NCBI GenBank assembly: GCA_963718575.1
Contig: OY970358.1
Location: forward strand, 98,723-162,722
Length of the DNA: 64,000 bases
Direction: 5' to 3'
DNA from: an uncultured bacterium
GTDB taxonomy: Bacteria; Patescibacteriota; Minisyncoccia; UBA6257; 2-01-FULL-56-20
A model generated the notes under the pieces. That model made no database searches. It saw only the letters and a program-made list of their open reading frames with translations, and was not told where the DNA came from. The first letter of the stretch is position 1. Every line of letters starts with the position of its first letter. The position numbers and the translations under genes are program-made. Of the stretch, positions 19,419 through 28,770 are shown one piece after another.

Positions 19419-19985
19419 TTATTTATCCCCCGGGGCGTCTGGGGAATCCGAAATGTTCAAACTCCCGGGGTCGTCCTTTCTTGTTTCTTCCTTCTTTTCG
19501 GTTGGCGCGGGCAACGGCGGTTTCGCTGATGGTTCGGTATCTTTCCATTTCTCTGTAACTGTGGGAGAGAAAACAACTTTGGTACGCGCTTTCTCTCCGA
19601 AAACATCGCCATCCTCGATCTGGTCCGACGCAAGAAGCATCTGGTAACGCATCTCGCTTATCTTCGCTATCGTATTGAGCGCCCCCAATCTGATCGAAGG
19701 GGTGATGGCATTATCGGTCGCGATGTACCATGCTCGCGCGAGCGCTTCACTCAGGTTGCCATCGTGTTCGGCAAGCGCCCGCTCCGCCGTCTGGCGACGC
19801 ACACGCTGAATCCGACGGAGGATGGCGATGTCGCGTAATCTCCCGATATAATTTTCGGTGACATTGTGAATTTCGTTCCGATTCAAGACCTTGATGAGCT
19901 CGACGACCGTGATCTCGGGATTTTGAATCCAAATTTTCCCGATTGTAGCGATGATAAATTCCCGCATGGCTTCTCCTCTGTTCAT
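19419..19985 (-). CDS. possible terminase small subunit / phage DNA-binding protein
   Basis: A 188-aa protein immediately upstream of terL, with a basic N-terminal helical region. The assignment rests on position only. Confidence 0.3.
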   Translation of the reverse strand: MNRGEAMREFIIATIGKIWIQNPEITVVELIKVLNRNEIHNVTENYIGRLRDIAILRRIQRVRRQTAERALAEHDGNLSEALARAWYIATDNAITPSIRLGALNTIAKISEMRYQMLLASDQIEDGDVFGEKARTKVVFSPTVTEKWKDTEPSAKPPLPAPTEKKEETRKDDPGSLNISDSPDAPGDK

Positions 19986-20202
19986 GTGATTAGGTGCCCC
20001 GTGGTTCAGGAGAAATAAAAAATCCCCTCGCGTTCGGGGTGGAACAGCGTGAAGCGTCCTAACTTATGTCAGGGCTTCAGTCGCGCATGAAAGAATTGAG
20101 CTGTAGTACCTTCTTGGTCATAACTCCATTATACAACGTTGTCATAATTTCATCTGTGGATTTCTCCGCCGCAAAAGTAAATCTTATGGGAAACAAAATA
20201 AT

Positions 20203-20224
20203 ATTACAAAATATATTTTGTAAT
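20203..20224. promoter_or_regulatory. Perfect 22-bp palindrome attacaaaatatattttgtaat in an AT-rich intergenic region
   Basis: The palindrome is exact. It lies 77 bp upstream of the DUF2188 gene, at the right edge of the phage-like module. Confidence 0.4.
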
Positions 20225-20300
20225 CTGTCCATTATTTTATATACCAATCCACCCCCCGATTTCTATTCCAAAATATGCCATCAGATGATACAGTTTAGGC

Positions 20301-20510
20301 ATGAGCAATAAGGACAGAATATACATAGAACGGCGTCCTGAGGGCGATTATGCGGTCAGGAAGGAGGACTCTGAAAGGGCCTCCGCTGTTGCCCCCACCC
20401 AGAAGGAAGCCATCGAAATAGCCCGGGAAATGAACCCCGGTATCGCCCCGGACGTTGAGCGCGTCCGATACACGAATCGCGGAAAGCCCGATCAATGGCG
20501 AAGGGCATAA
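20301..20510 (+). CDS. DUF2188 domain protein
   Basis: A 69-aa protein; the pattern YAVRKEDSERASAVAPTQKEAIEIAREM matches the DUF2188 consensus. Confidence 0.5.
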   Translation: MSNKDRIYIERRPEGDYAVRKEDSERASAVAPTQKEAIEIAREMNPGIAPDVERVRYTNRGKPDQWRRA

Positions 20511-20624
20511 GCCCCGAAAACCCGCAACTGGGACGGGTCTGATTTTCACATTTTCTGAATCCCCTAAAAATCCTTACACGGCTTGCAAAAGCCTTTAGTC
20601 TGTAATGGCGCCACACAGCAGAAC

Positions 20625-20653
20625 TTGACATTTCTATATATTTATATTAGAAT
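20625..20653 (+). promoter_or_regulatory. sigma70-like promoter TTGACA-N17-TAGAAT
   Basis: Consensus -35 with ideal 17-bp spacing, followed by the GGAGGG SD and an ATG at 20670. Confidence 0.5.
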
Positions 20654-20669
20654 CTGAGTGGAGGGTTTT

Positions 20670-20789
20670 ATGCAAGCCGAATATGCTCAACGTTCCGGAG
20701 AATCACATGCCGAGTGGCTTAATCGCATCTACGAGATGGCTCATGTCACTGCTGAAGAAAAGGGTGGTTGGAAATCGATTCAGAATTGA
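20670..20789 (+). CDS. small protein (39 aa) MQAEYAQRSGESHAEWLNRIYEMAHVTAEEKGGWKSIQN
   Basis: A consensus promoter and strong SD lie 8 nt upstream. It is not in the ORF track because it is shorter than 60 aa. Confidence 0.35.
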   Translation: MQAEYAQRSGESHAEWLNRIYEMAHVTAEEKGGWKSIQN

Positions 20790-20890
20790 TCGCCATCCTC
20801 CTCAACAACATGAAGGGCTTGCTCCCAAAACTGGGATAGTTCTCCCTTCCAACATAGCGGTGTTTCCCTACCCCAGGGAACGCCGCTTTT

Positions 20891-22576
20891 TTATTGAGCC
20901 TGCTTCTCCAAGTTTGCGAGTTCGGCTTCGAGCGTCTGGATCTCTGCGGTCAACAACGCCGTTGAAGATCCGGAAGAAACGCTTGTACCAGTAGAAAGTG
21001 CATTTAAAGCGCTCCTTGTCTTTGGACCAACCAGACCCCATCCTGCGCCGCCGGTGCACGCAATATTTTCCGCACATTGGAATTTTTCCACCGCATTTCG
21101 GGTAAGGTTACCGTAGAATCCGGTCGCATCAACCGAAGCAAGATAGCCATTTTGCACAAGAATTGATTGTAACGCACTCACTTGCGTATTACGCAGACCA
21201 TAATAGAGCGATTGGGTGATAGCAGGCAAAACGGATGAAGGCGCAGTAACCGTTGGAGTTGAAGTCGAAGGTGAAGCGACCACCGCGGGGGTTGTGACAA
21301 CCGGCGGCGGTAAGGTCGCCATAGGGGCGGGAGCGAATGCAGAAATAATGACGCTTGACGTTGCCGACATTCCGGAAACAGCACCGCTCACATCGCTCGC
21401 GGTCACGTTATACGAGTAAAGCGTTCCTGTCGCAAGCATCCCCGTGTCCGAATAATTCGTCGAAGAGACCGTCGCGATCTGGGTGCCATTGCGATATACC
21501 GTGTAGCCGGTAATGACAAGCGGGTCGATCGATTCCACCCACGTGAGAGCGACGCTCGAGGTCCCCGTTTGCGTCGCCGTCAATGCGTAGGGAGCTCCCG
21601 GTCCGTTGTACTGCAATATGGTCACGCTCACCGGAGATGATTCCATGGAGACATTTCCCGCTACGTCATATGCCGCTATTTGATAGCCATAGGTAAGACC
21701 CGTAGAAAGTCCGCTATCGGCATATGAAGGTACCGACGCACTCGCGATCTGAACACCGTTCCTAAACACCTGATATCCTGCAAGGCCGGACGGATCGGTC
21801 GAGCTTGCCCATGTGATATTTACGCTCCCGGCGCCGGCCTGTTGGACGGAAACTTTCGTCGGCGTGGTGGGCGGAATGGTGTCCACGACAACCGTCACGG
21901 TGGCAGACGATGGCGCTGAAATATTCTGTGCCGCGTCGTATGCAACGATCTTATACGTATAAGTGCCCTGCGGAACGGTGTCGGTTATCGAAGTGCCGGT
22001 GAACGCCGATGTGCTTGAAGTGATCGATATTCCGTTGCGATAGACGTAATACCCTGCGACCCCGATCGCGTCCGAAGATGGATTCCACGAAATGGTGAGC
22101 GTCACCGGGGTGTAAAAGGAATTTGTGGAAGTGGTTCCGGCGATCGTCACGCCGGACGGGGTCGTCGGCGGCGTGGTGTCCGCAATAAGCGTCACACCCG
22201 CCGGCGACGACAGTGCTGAAGTGATGCCGTTCGCGTCGTACGCAGCCACGGTATAACTATAGACACCGGGCGAAAGATCGCCGTCTACGATCGATGTCCC
22301 GGCAGTGGTCGCAATATTCGCGCCGTTACGATACACATAATATCCCTCGATGGTTCCCGATGTTTCGGTTGAAGCCGACCAGGAAACGGTGACTTGTTTC
22401 GGCGTATCCGAAGTCGTCGCGGTGAGTCCGGTCGGGGCAGAAGGCAACGTAACGGCAACTTGAGCGTTTACAACAGAATACCCGACCAGCATCGAGGCAA
22501 CCCCGGCGATAAAAATTAAAACAAAGAGTCCGTTTCTTGCTGACATAAGAACTTCATTATACTGCTTTTTATCCAA
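20891..22576 (-). CDS. Cell-surface protein: signal anchor, four fibronectin type III-like repeats, C-terminal peptidoglycan-binding domain and coiled coil
   Basis: Repeats of GYxVYRNG...Y.Y.V.AYD..GN.S occur four times, followed by a PG_binding_1-like segment (LRNTQVSALQSILVQNGYL...) and a terminal coiled coil. Confidence 0.7.
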   Translation of the reverse strand: MDKKQYNEVLMSARNGLFVLIFIAGVASMLVGYSVVNAQVAVTLPSAPTGLTATTSDTPKQVTVSWSASTETSGTIEGYYVYRNGANIATTAGTSIVDGDLSPGVYSYTVAAYDANGITSALSSPAGVTLIADTTPPTTPSGVTIAGTTSTNSFYTPVTLTISWNPSSDAIGVAGYYVYRNGISITSSTSAFTGTSITDTVPQGTYTYKIVAYDAAQNISAPSSATVTVVVDTIPPTTPTKVSVQQAGAGSVNITWASSTDPSGLAGYQVFRNGVQIASASVPSYADSGLSTGLTYGYQIAAYDVAGNVSMESSPVSVTILQYNGPGAPYALTATQTGTSSVALTWVESIDPLVITGYTVYRNGTQIATVSSTNYSDTGMLATGTLYSYNVTASDVSGAVSGMSATSSVIISAFAPAPMATLPPPVVTTPAVVASPSTSTPTVTAPSSVLPAITQSLYYGLRNTQVSALQSILVQNGYLASVDATGFYGNLTRNAVEKFQCAENIACTGGAGWGLVGPKTRSALNALSTGTSVSSGSSTALLTAEIQTLEAELANLEKQAQ

Positions 22577-22640
22577 AGATTCAGAATTATTTTCTGTGGA
22601 TAACTTCCCCCACGGGCATCACATATGATAAAATCAGTAT

Positions 22641-23279
22641 ATGAAAAAGAAGAGGGGCTCGGGGTTTACGCTCATCGAGCTGCTTGTTGTCATTGCCATC
22701 ATCGCCATTCTTGCCGTGGTGGTTATTCTGACCCTCAACCCCGGCGAGCTTTTACGCCAATCACGCGATTCGAACCGCATCTCCGATATGGCCACGTTGA
22801 AGAACGCGCTTGGAGAGTATACCGTCGATCAAAGCGTGATTGCAGGATTTACGCTGGGAACGACGACGGTCTGCTATAACTCCACGAACGGTTCATCGAC
22901 TTTTTATACCCCGAACGCCTCGGGAACGTGGGCCACAACAAGCAGTTGCGCTGCATGGTTTGCCTCCGGCCTTTCCACCGCTTCAACGAGCGGACGCGGC
23001 ATAAACGGCACCGGTTGGCTTCCGGTAGATTTTGCCTCAACCACCTCCGGATCTCCGATTGCCACACTGCCGGTCGACCCCCTGAACACCGATGGCACCG
23101 GGTCCACGAAATCGACCGGGGCATTCTTCTACGGATATATCAGCGGTGGCACAACGTATAAACTTTCGGCGTTCATGGAAAGCATCAAATTCTCGACCGC
23201 CGGATCAAACGATGTTGAGACCAACGACGGAGGGATTAATAACTACGTTTACGAACAAGGCTCAAACCTTGCGCTCTAG
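22641..23279 (+). CDS. Type IV pilin / pseudopilin (prepilin N-terminal cleavage-methylation domain)
   Basis: MKKKRGSGFTLIELLVVIAIIAILA is the classic G|FTLIEL class III signal. The rest of the protein is rich in Ser/Thr/Gly. Confidence 0.8.
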   Translation: MKKKRGSGFTLIELLVVIAIIAILAVVVILTLNPGELLRQSRDSNRISDMATLKNALGEYTVDQSVIAGFTLGTTTVCYNSTNGSSTFYTPNASGTWATTSSCAAWFASGLSTASTSGRGINGTGWLPVDFASTTSGSPIATLPVDPLNTDGTGSTKSTGAFFYGYISGGTTYKLSAFMESIKFSTAGSNDVETNDGGINNYVYEQGSNLAL

Positions 23280-24358
23280 CCGAGGAAATTCTTGATGCGC
23301 GCGGCAAGCTCCTCCTGAAGTTTCCTGTTCACTTTCTTTCCGGCAAGGAATAGAAAATTATAATCGGAGGGATAACCGGCGAGTTCCATAAAGCCCACAC
23401 CTTTCATTTTTTTGCCCCCGATCGTGCCCGTGATCGTTATAGGACCTTCCCAATAATTAATGGAGCCGAATATCATTTCCTGCTCGGCGATCATGGCAGA
23501 AGCGCGAAGAACAATATCTTTCCCGGGAATGGTGATTGTCCACGAAAGTGGATATTCCGCTTTTGTTGCTTTGCTTTTCCAGGTTTCACTGCCGGGAGAA
23601 AAGGTCGCATACCGAAGATGCGTCGCCGTACCGCGGGCATCGAGCATGTCGACGATCTGGTCCTTTCCTTTCCCGTCATCATATTCAACGCACATAATAT
23701 CGATGCCGCCGTCAAGCTGGATGGAAAACCATGTCCACTTGTCCTTCGCGTACGGCGTATCCGCCCACTGGTGATCCATCCATGATCGTCCCGTCACCGA
23801 ACTCCACGCACCTTCCGCGCCCGTACGGATCATGCCGGTCGTCTTAAGATCGGTGAGTGAATAATAAAAGCTTTCCCGACCGCGCACGGTGATGAATCCC
23901 TCTCCGCCCTCGAGCATCGGTTCTCTTTTTGATTCCAGTACAAGATCGAGCGTTTCGGTTTTGATATGGAATGTTCCCGGCGAGGTTTCCGCCATCTCAT
24001 GGGCCACAAAGCCGCCGGCGACGGAGACGGGATCGATATAATTCGCATAGAACTGCGGGCGCTTGAAACTATCGCGCGAAGCGAGCGAAATGTTCTGCAC
24101 GTCCTTTGCGCTTTTCCCCGCACCAAGATCCGCGAGCATCGAATGGGCAAACAATGCAAAACGTCCGGACTTCGTCCGCGCAAAAAGATTTTTGAAATAG
24201 GGAATTTTTACTTTGTCCACATTCGCGCGGAACAGGCAGTCCATGAACGCATACTGATTTCCTTTTTCGTCCATCAGATATCCATTGAAATACCACCATT
24301 CGATGACGGTATCGTGCGGCTGGACATCATCCGGAAACTGTATCGCCCGCGGCTTCAT
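23276..24358 (-). CDS. AttH/CrtC-like lipocalin-domain hydrolase family protein
   Basis: Contains EWWYFNG and GRSWMDHQW motifs, which are typical of the CrtC/AttH family. Confidence 0.5.
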   Translation of the reverse strand: MKPRAIQFPDDVQPHDTVIEWWYFNGYLMDEKGNQYAFMDCLFRANVDKVKIPYFKNLFARTKSGRFALFAHSMLADLGAGKSAKDVQNISLASRDSFKRPQFYANYIDPVSVAGGFVAHEMAETSPGTFHIKTETLDLVLESKREPMLEGGEGFITVRGRESFYYSLTDLKTTGMIRTGAEGAWSSVTGRSWMDHQWADTPYAKDKWTWFSIQLDGGIDIMCVEYDDGKGKDQIVDMLDARGTATHLRYATFSPGSETWKSKATKAEYPLSWTITIPGKDIVLRASAMIAEQEMIFGSINYWEGPITITGTIGGKKMKGVGFMELAGYPSDYNFLFLAGKKVNRKLQEELAARIKNFLG

Positions 24359-25020
24359 TAAAATAGTTTCGTCTCCCCCGTCGCGAGCGCGACGAATTCA
24401 ACGCCGTCCGACTTGAGAAAATTCTGGAGCATGGTCGCGACGAATCCTCCGAACCCCGGGACGATCATTCCGTCGTGCACGCCGAACGCGACGCGCGGCG
24501 TTACGGTCTTTGCAAAATCGATCGCCTCGCTGATCTTCATCCATGGTCCGGTGACGGGAAGTGCAAGCACATCGATCGGCCGCTTGGGATTGTGGAACGA
24601 ATCGCCGGGAAAATAGAATTTTCCGGCGACCATATAGCCGGTGTTCTCGACAAGCCCCATCGTGCCGTAGATCGTCGCGTGATCCTTTCCGAGGCCTTCG
24701 ATTAAAATGCCTCCGGCGCCGTTGATCGCACCCACCGTCGCGGATTGCGCATCACCCACCACTGTGCACGGAATATTCTTTTCCGCGAGAAGCTTTGCCA
24801 CCGCGCCATTACTTACCACCGTCGCCGTCGGATTGTTCTTTAACACCGCCTCGATCGATTCGATATGAAAATGATCCGCATGCTCGTGGGTGATCAGGAT
24901 GATATTGATGCCGGTCACCGCCTTGACCGGTTCCGTCGTGAACGTCCCCGGATCCGTAAGAACTCTTACCCCGTTCTCTTCCAGGACCAAACAGCAATGC
25001 CCGAGTTTTGTGATGTTCAT
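24358..25020 (-). CDS. MBL-fold metallo-hydrolase
   Basis: LITHEHADH (HxHxDH) motif, with the start chosen at MNITKLGHCC. The ORF-track N-terminal 80 aa are rejected. Confidence 0.7.
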   Translation of the reverse strand: MNITKLGHCCLVLEENGVRVLTDPGTFTTEPVKAVTGINIILITHEHADHFHIESIEAVLKNNPTATVVSNGAVAKLLAEKNIPCTVVGDAQSATVGAINGAGGILIEGLGKDHATIYGTMGLVENTGYMVAGKFYFPGDSFHNPKRPIDVLALPVTGPWMKISEAIDFAKTVTPRVAFGVHDGMIVPGFGGFVATMLQNFLKSDGVEFVALATGETKLF

Positions 25021-25056
25021 ATGTATATTATAACAGGAAAATGCTAATTTTATTTC

Positions 25057-25296
25057 ATGGCTTATTTCGTATACCTGCTGGAATGCGCGGATAAAAGCAT
25101 TTATACGGGGATCACTACGGACGTTGTGCGGCGGTTTGCCGAACATAAGGACGGTATCGGCTCGCATTATACCCGCGCGCATGGCGCAAAGAAAATGCTT
25201 TATATGGAAAAGCATGCGACGCGGAGCACGGCGCTCAAGCGCGAAGCGGAAATAAAGCACTGGACGCGGAGCAAAAAACTGGGGCTCATCGGCTGA
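25057..25296 (+). CDS. GIY-YIG nuclease family protein (YhbQ-like)
   Basis: YFVYLLECADKSIYTGITTDVVRRFAEH matches GIY-YIG motifs. The protein is 79 aa. Confidence 0.7.
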   Translation: MAYFVYLLECADKSIYTGITTDVVRRFAEHKDGIGSHYTRAHGAKKMLYMEKHATRSTALKREAEIKHWTRSKKLGLIG

Positions 25297-25322
25297 TAAA
25301 GTTCAGGCTGCGTTCAATGCTG

Positions 25323-26942
25323 TTACTTTCCTGCGTTCAATGCCGCGCGCGTGCCCGGGCCGACATAACCATACGTATTAATGTCGTTTGCCGCCTGATA
25401 TTTTTTCACTGCGGCTTGCGTAAGCGCGCCATAATAACCGGTAACCGGGCCGGTGAAATACCCGTCGGCGGTCAGGCGCTCTTGCAGCGCCGTCACCTGG
25501 GCATTCTGCGATCCGACGCCGAGAAATTCTGTAAAGTCGAAACCCGCAGAACCGTCGAGGTTGCCGGATGGAGCCGTGTTTCCCGCCGCCTGCGCCTCGA
25601 GCGCGGTCAGCTGGCTCTCAAGCGATGCAAGCTGGGAGGCGGTGACGGATGAATTAGTGTTGGTCGCAGCTGCCGTCGTCGGCGCATCAACCGTAAACGA
25701 TGAGATGGTAAGCGCCCCGCTCTGAATCCCTGATCCGTTTACGATCGCAATGCTGCATGAGCTGTAAGTGCCGTTCGGGAGCGCGTTAAACGTGATCGTG
25801 TTGGAGCCGATCACAGCGGAATCTGTCGGACTACTGCATCCACCGGCATACACAATCGTTCCCGGCTGATTAGTATAAAACGTATAGCTTGGCGTTGCGG
25901 ACGTTGTCGTCACCGGCACGGGCGTCACCTGCGAAACCGAGGCGGCCGTGGTGTATCCGCTTATGCTAAGGGATCGTTGCACGTCATACCCGGATGCCGG
26001 AGCGCTGACATTGCCGTATTGGTCGGTCAACGTCACGCCGCTGATCTGCAATGGTGTTGACTGGCTCGACTGGCCGGCGGCAAGAATATACGTAGCAACG
26101 TAGTTCAATCCATTATTCGTGGTCACCCACGAAAGCGGCACTCCATTATATGAACCAGTGACATGTCCGTTCGGCTCGGCGACGGCAGGAGTAAGCGTGA
26201 AGGTGATGGAGTCGCCGACATTTAAAACCCCCGCCGTGTTTGCGTTTGACGTGATGGAGGAGATTGCGGCGTTCCCCGTATTGCTCGATACCGTCCCGTT
26301 GCTGGTATAGGAAAACGAAATGTTGCTCTCATTATTGTTGTTATCCTCGATTGTAAACGTGACCGGGATCATCTCCATGGAGTCGCCGGACTGCATCGTG
26401 TAGTTTGCAGTATACGGCCCGGTGCCACTGCCGCTCACGGAAACCGAATGCCCGTCAATATTCATATCCAGCACGTTGACCTGCTCGTTGGTATTGAATG
26501 TCGCGGTAAGCGTATTGTTTGTCCCTGCAAACGAACCATTTCCATCATTTGACGAAAGGCCGAATCCCGTGATTGCAGGACCAATGGAACCCACAATATT
26601 CCATGTGGCACCGCCGAAGTATTGCTGATCGCTCACATCCTGCACGTTGGTGCCGATCGTGAGATAGCCCGTCGCACCCCCCGCTACGGAATTCTCCAAT
26701 GTGAGCGTGATCGTCGCAGTACCACTGCCGCTGACCGCAGTGACGGTATTTCCCGCATATGAACCGGTAAAATCAAAATAATCGCTGGGACTTGTGTAGA
26801 CCGGTTCGGAGTACATAACCGTGATGATATTCGGCCCGGTCAATTTGACGCTCTGAACGGTGGTCGCCGCAAAAGCACTTGGTGCGATGGCCGCAAAACC
26901 TATGACAACCAGCGGCAACAGTATAAAAAGTTTGGTCTTCAT
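25323..26942 (-). CDS. Secreted Ig-like repeat surface protein with C-terminal peptidoglycan-binding domain
   Basis: Signal peptide MKTKLFILLPLVVIGFAAIAPSAFA, a Thr/Ser-rich beta-repeat body, and a C-terminal PG_binding_1 segment (LQERLTADGYFTGPVTGYYGALTQAAVKKYQ). Confidence 0.7.
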   Translation of the reverse strand: MKTKLFILLPLVVIGFAAIAPSAFAATTVQSVKLTGPNIITVMYSEPVYTSPSDYFDFTGSYAGNTVTAVSGSGTATITLTLENSVAGGATGYLTIGTNVQDVSDQQYFGGATWNIVGSIGPAITGFGLSSNDGNGSFAGTNNTLTATFNTNEQVNVLDMNIDGHSVSVSGSGTGPYTANYTMQSGDSMEMIPVTFTIEDNNNNESNISFSYTSNGTVSSNTGNAAISSITSNANTAGVLNVGDSITFTLTPAVAEPNGHVTGSYNGVPLSWVTTNNGLNYVATYILAAGQSSQSTPLQISGVTLTDQYGNVSAPASGYDVQRSLSISGYTTAASVSQVTPVPVTTTSATPSYTFYTNQPGTIVYAGGCSSPTDSAVIGSNTITFNALPNGTYSSCSIAIVNGSGIQSGALTISSFTVDAPTTAAATNTNSSVTASQLASLESQLTALEAQAAGNTAPSGNLDGSAGFDFTEFLGVGSQNAQVTALQERLTADGYFTGPVTGYYGALTQAAVKKYQAANDINTYGYVGPGTRAALNAGK

Positions 26943-27058
26943 GGTGCTTACCTGACTCATTATACTACACGGAAGCGGAGAAAGGTGCACCGGGTCAATG
27001 CTCTATGGACAAACTCGCGATTTTTTTATTCGCCGGAACGGGCTGGCACGCCGGCGCC

Positions 27059-27928
27059 CTATACTATTTTCACTCCCTTCCCGGGATGCACATGATGGGT
27101 ATGTTCGGTCCGTCGGTGCGGATACACGAGGTGACCAAACCTGATCGCAAGGAAATAGGTTACAGCCGCAAGCGCCGCAATGTAGAACGACACCGGCCAG
27201 CTGGTGACGAGTGCGAGGAGCAGGCCGCCCCATGTGAAGGCGACGCCGAGCGCGACGGAAATGGCGATAGCCGAGAACGGCTTGCGCGTCAAGTGCTGTG
27301 CCGCCGCAGCAGGAGCGACGATCAGCGCAAACACAAGAAGCACTCCCACTACCTGGATCGCTTCGGCTACGGTGATCCCAAGGAGGAACATGAAGATGAT
27401 CGAAATCGCTTTGATTGGTACGCCGCGCGCTTCCGCGACCTCCGGATCGATCGAACTGAATAAGAGCGGACGAAAGATAGCGGCCAGAGCAATAAGCGTG
27501 GCGATGCCGAATATGACCGTGAGGATAATATCCGTCCTCGTGACGCTCAATATCGAACCAAAGAGCACGCTCACCGTCTCGCTCGACGAGTTGGTATAGA
27601 GTCGCAAGAAGAGCACGCCAAGGCCGAGCGCAAACGAAAGTATCATCCCAATTTCCACGTCACGGCCATGAATGCGCTTGCCGAGCGCGCCCATCCCGAG
27701 CGCTGCCGCGACCGTGAATCCCGACATGCCGAGCAATCCGCTTATGCCGAGCAATGCCGCGAGCGTCGCTCCCGCAAACCCCACATGTGAAAGTGCATGC
27801 GCGGCGAATGCCTGCGCACGGAGCACCACAAAATATCCCACGATCGCGGAAATGATCGCGATCAACGTTCCCGCCATGAATGCATTCTCTATGAATGACT
27901 GCTGTAATAATTGGATGAACGTGTCCAT
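27059..27928 (-). CDS. znuB: Metal (Zn/Mn) ABC transporter permease, ABC-3 family
   Basis: A 289-aa polytopic protein with a ZnuB/MntB-like sequence. It sits in an operon with the ATPase and substrate-binding protein genes. Confidence 0.8.
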   Translation of the reverse strand: MDTFIQLLQQSFIENAFMAGTLIAIISAIVGYFVVLRAQAFAAHALSHVGFAGATLAALLGISGLLGMSGFTVAAALGMGALGKRIHGRDVEIGMILSFALGLGVLFLRLYTNSSSETVSVLFGSILSVTRTDIILTVIFGIATLIALAAIFRPLLFSSIDPEVAEARGVPIKAISIIFMFLLGITVAEAIQVVGVLLVFALIVAPAAAAQHLTRKPFSAIAISVALGVAFTWGGLLLALVTSWPVSFYIAALAAVTYFLAIRFGHLVYPHRRTEHTHHVHPGKGVKIV

Positions 27929-27937
27929 GAAAAAATA

Positions 27938-28751
27938 TTATTTCCGTACGGTCAATAATCGCACCGGCAGATATGCCAGGAACGATATCGTCGCGATATA
28001 GAACGTGACCGGCCAGCTGCCCGTCGCCGCCAGGAATATCCCGAGCCATGTGTACGCGAGCGCGAGCGCGATTGAGGTCGCCACGGCGCCAAGCGGGTTG
28101 TGCACGATGCGCGTCGCCGTGGCGGCCGGGCCGACAAGCAGGGTGAAGATCAAAAGGACGCCGACCACCTCCACCGACATTGAGACTGCAATTGCGACGA
28201 GGATCAAGAAAATGATCCCCAGCGCACGCAACCGGCACGCCGCGCGCTTCCGCGACCTCCGGATCTACGGAGCTGAAGAGAAGCGGGCGAAAGATCGCCG
28301 CCAGCGCCACGATCGTCCCGATGCCGAATATCAGCGTGATAAGGACATCCGTATGACTGATCCCCAAAATCGTTCCGAACAAAATACTGTATGCCTGTTC
28401 CGCATAACCGTTATAGAGAGAGATGAAGAGCGCGCCGAATCCGAGCGAAAGCGTCATCACGATGCCGATATTGATATCCTCCTCGCGCAACTCTTTGCCA
28501 AAGACGCCGATCCCCGCGCCGGCGGCGATCGTGAATGCCAGCATCCCGAAGATCGGATCGATGCCGACGAGCAGCGCCGCAGCCGCGCCCGCAAAGCCGA
28601 TGTGCGAGAGCGCGTGGCCGGCGAAGGTGAGCCCCCTCGTGATCAAAAAATATCCAACGCATCCGCCGACGATCGCAACGATCGATCCGGCAAGGAATGC
28701 ATTTTGGATGAAAGAGTATTGGAAGATTGAGAACATTGGATTATGCGACAA
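27938..28751 (-). pseudogene. Second ABC-3 metal transporter permease paralog, disrupted by a frameshift near 28230
   Basis: The N-terminal 180 aa of ORF 27660..28751 and the 97-aa ORF 27938..28231 together form a ZnuB-like protein, with a frame change after EVAEARGVP. Confidence 0.6.
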
Positions 28752-28770
28752 ACGCCGCGAACAGTGTGCG

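Larger units (their letters stand above)
1707..19985. mobile_element. Composite integrative/defence island: LSR1 + type I RM; LSR2 + phage-satellite-like module
   Basis: Two paralogous large serine recombinases, a compositionally distinct RM operon, terminase genes without capsid/tail genes, and an AT-rich right flank with a palindrome at 20203. Confidence 0.45.

Noticed and set aside
25021-25260. N-terminal 80 aa of ORF 24358..25260
   Set aside because: An Arg-rich out-of-character extension. The MBL fold starts at MNITKLGHCC (25020).
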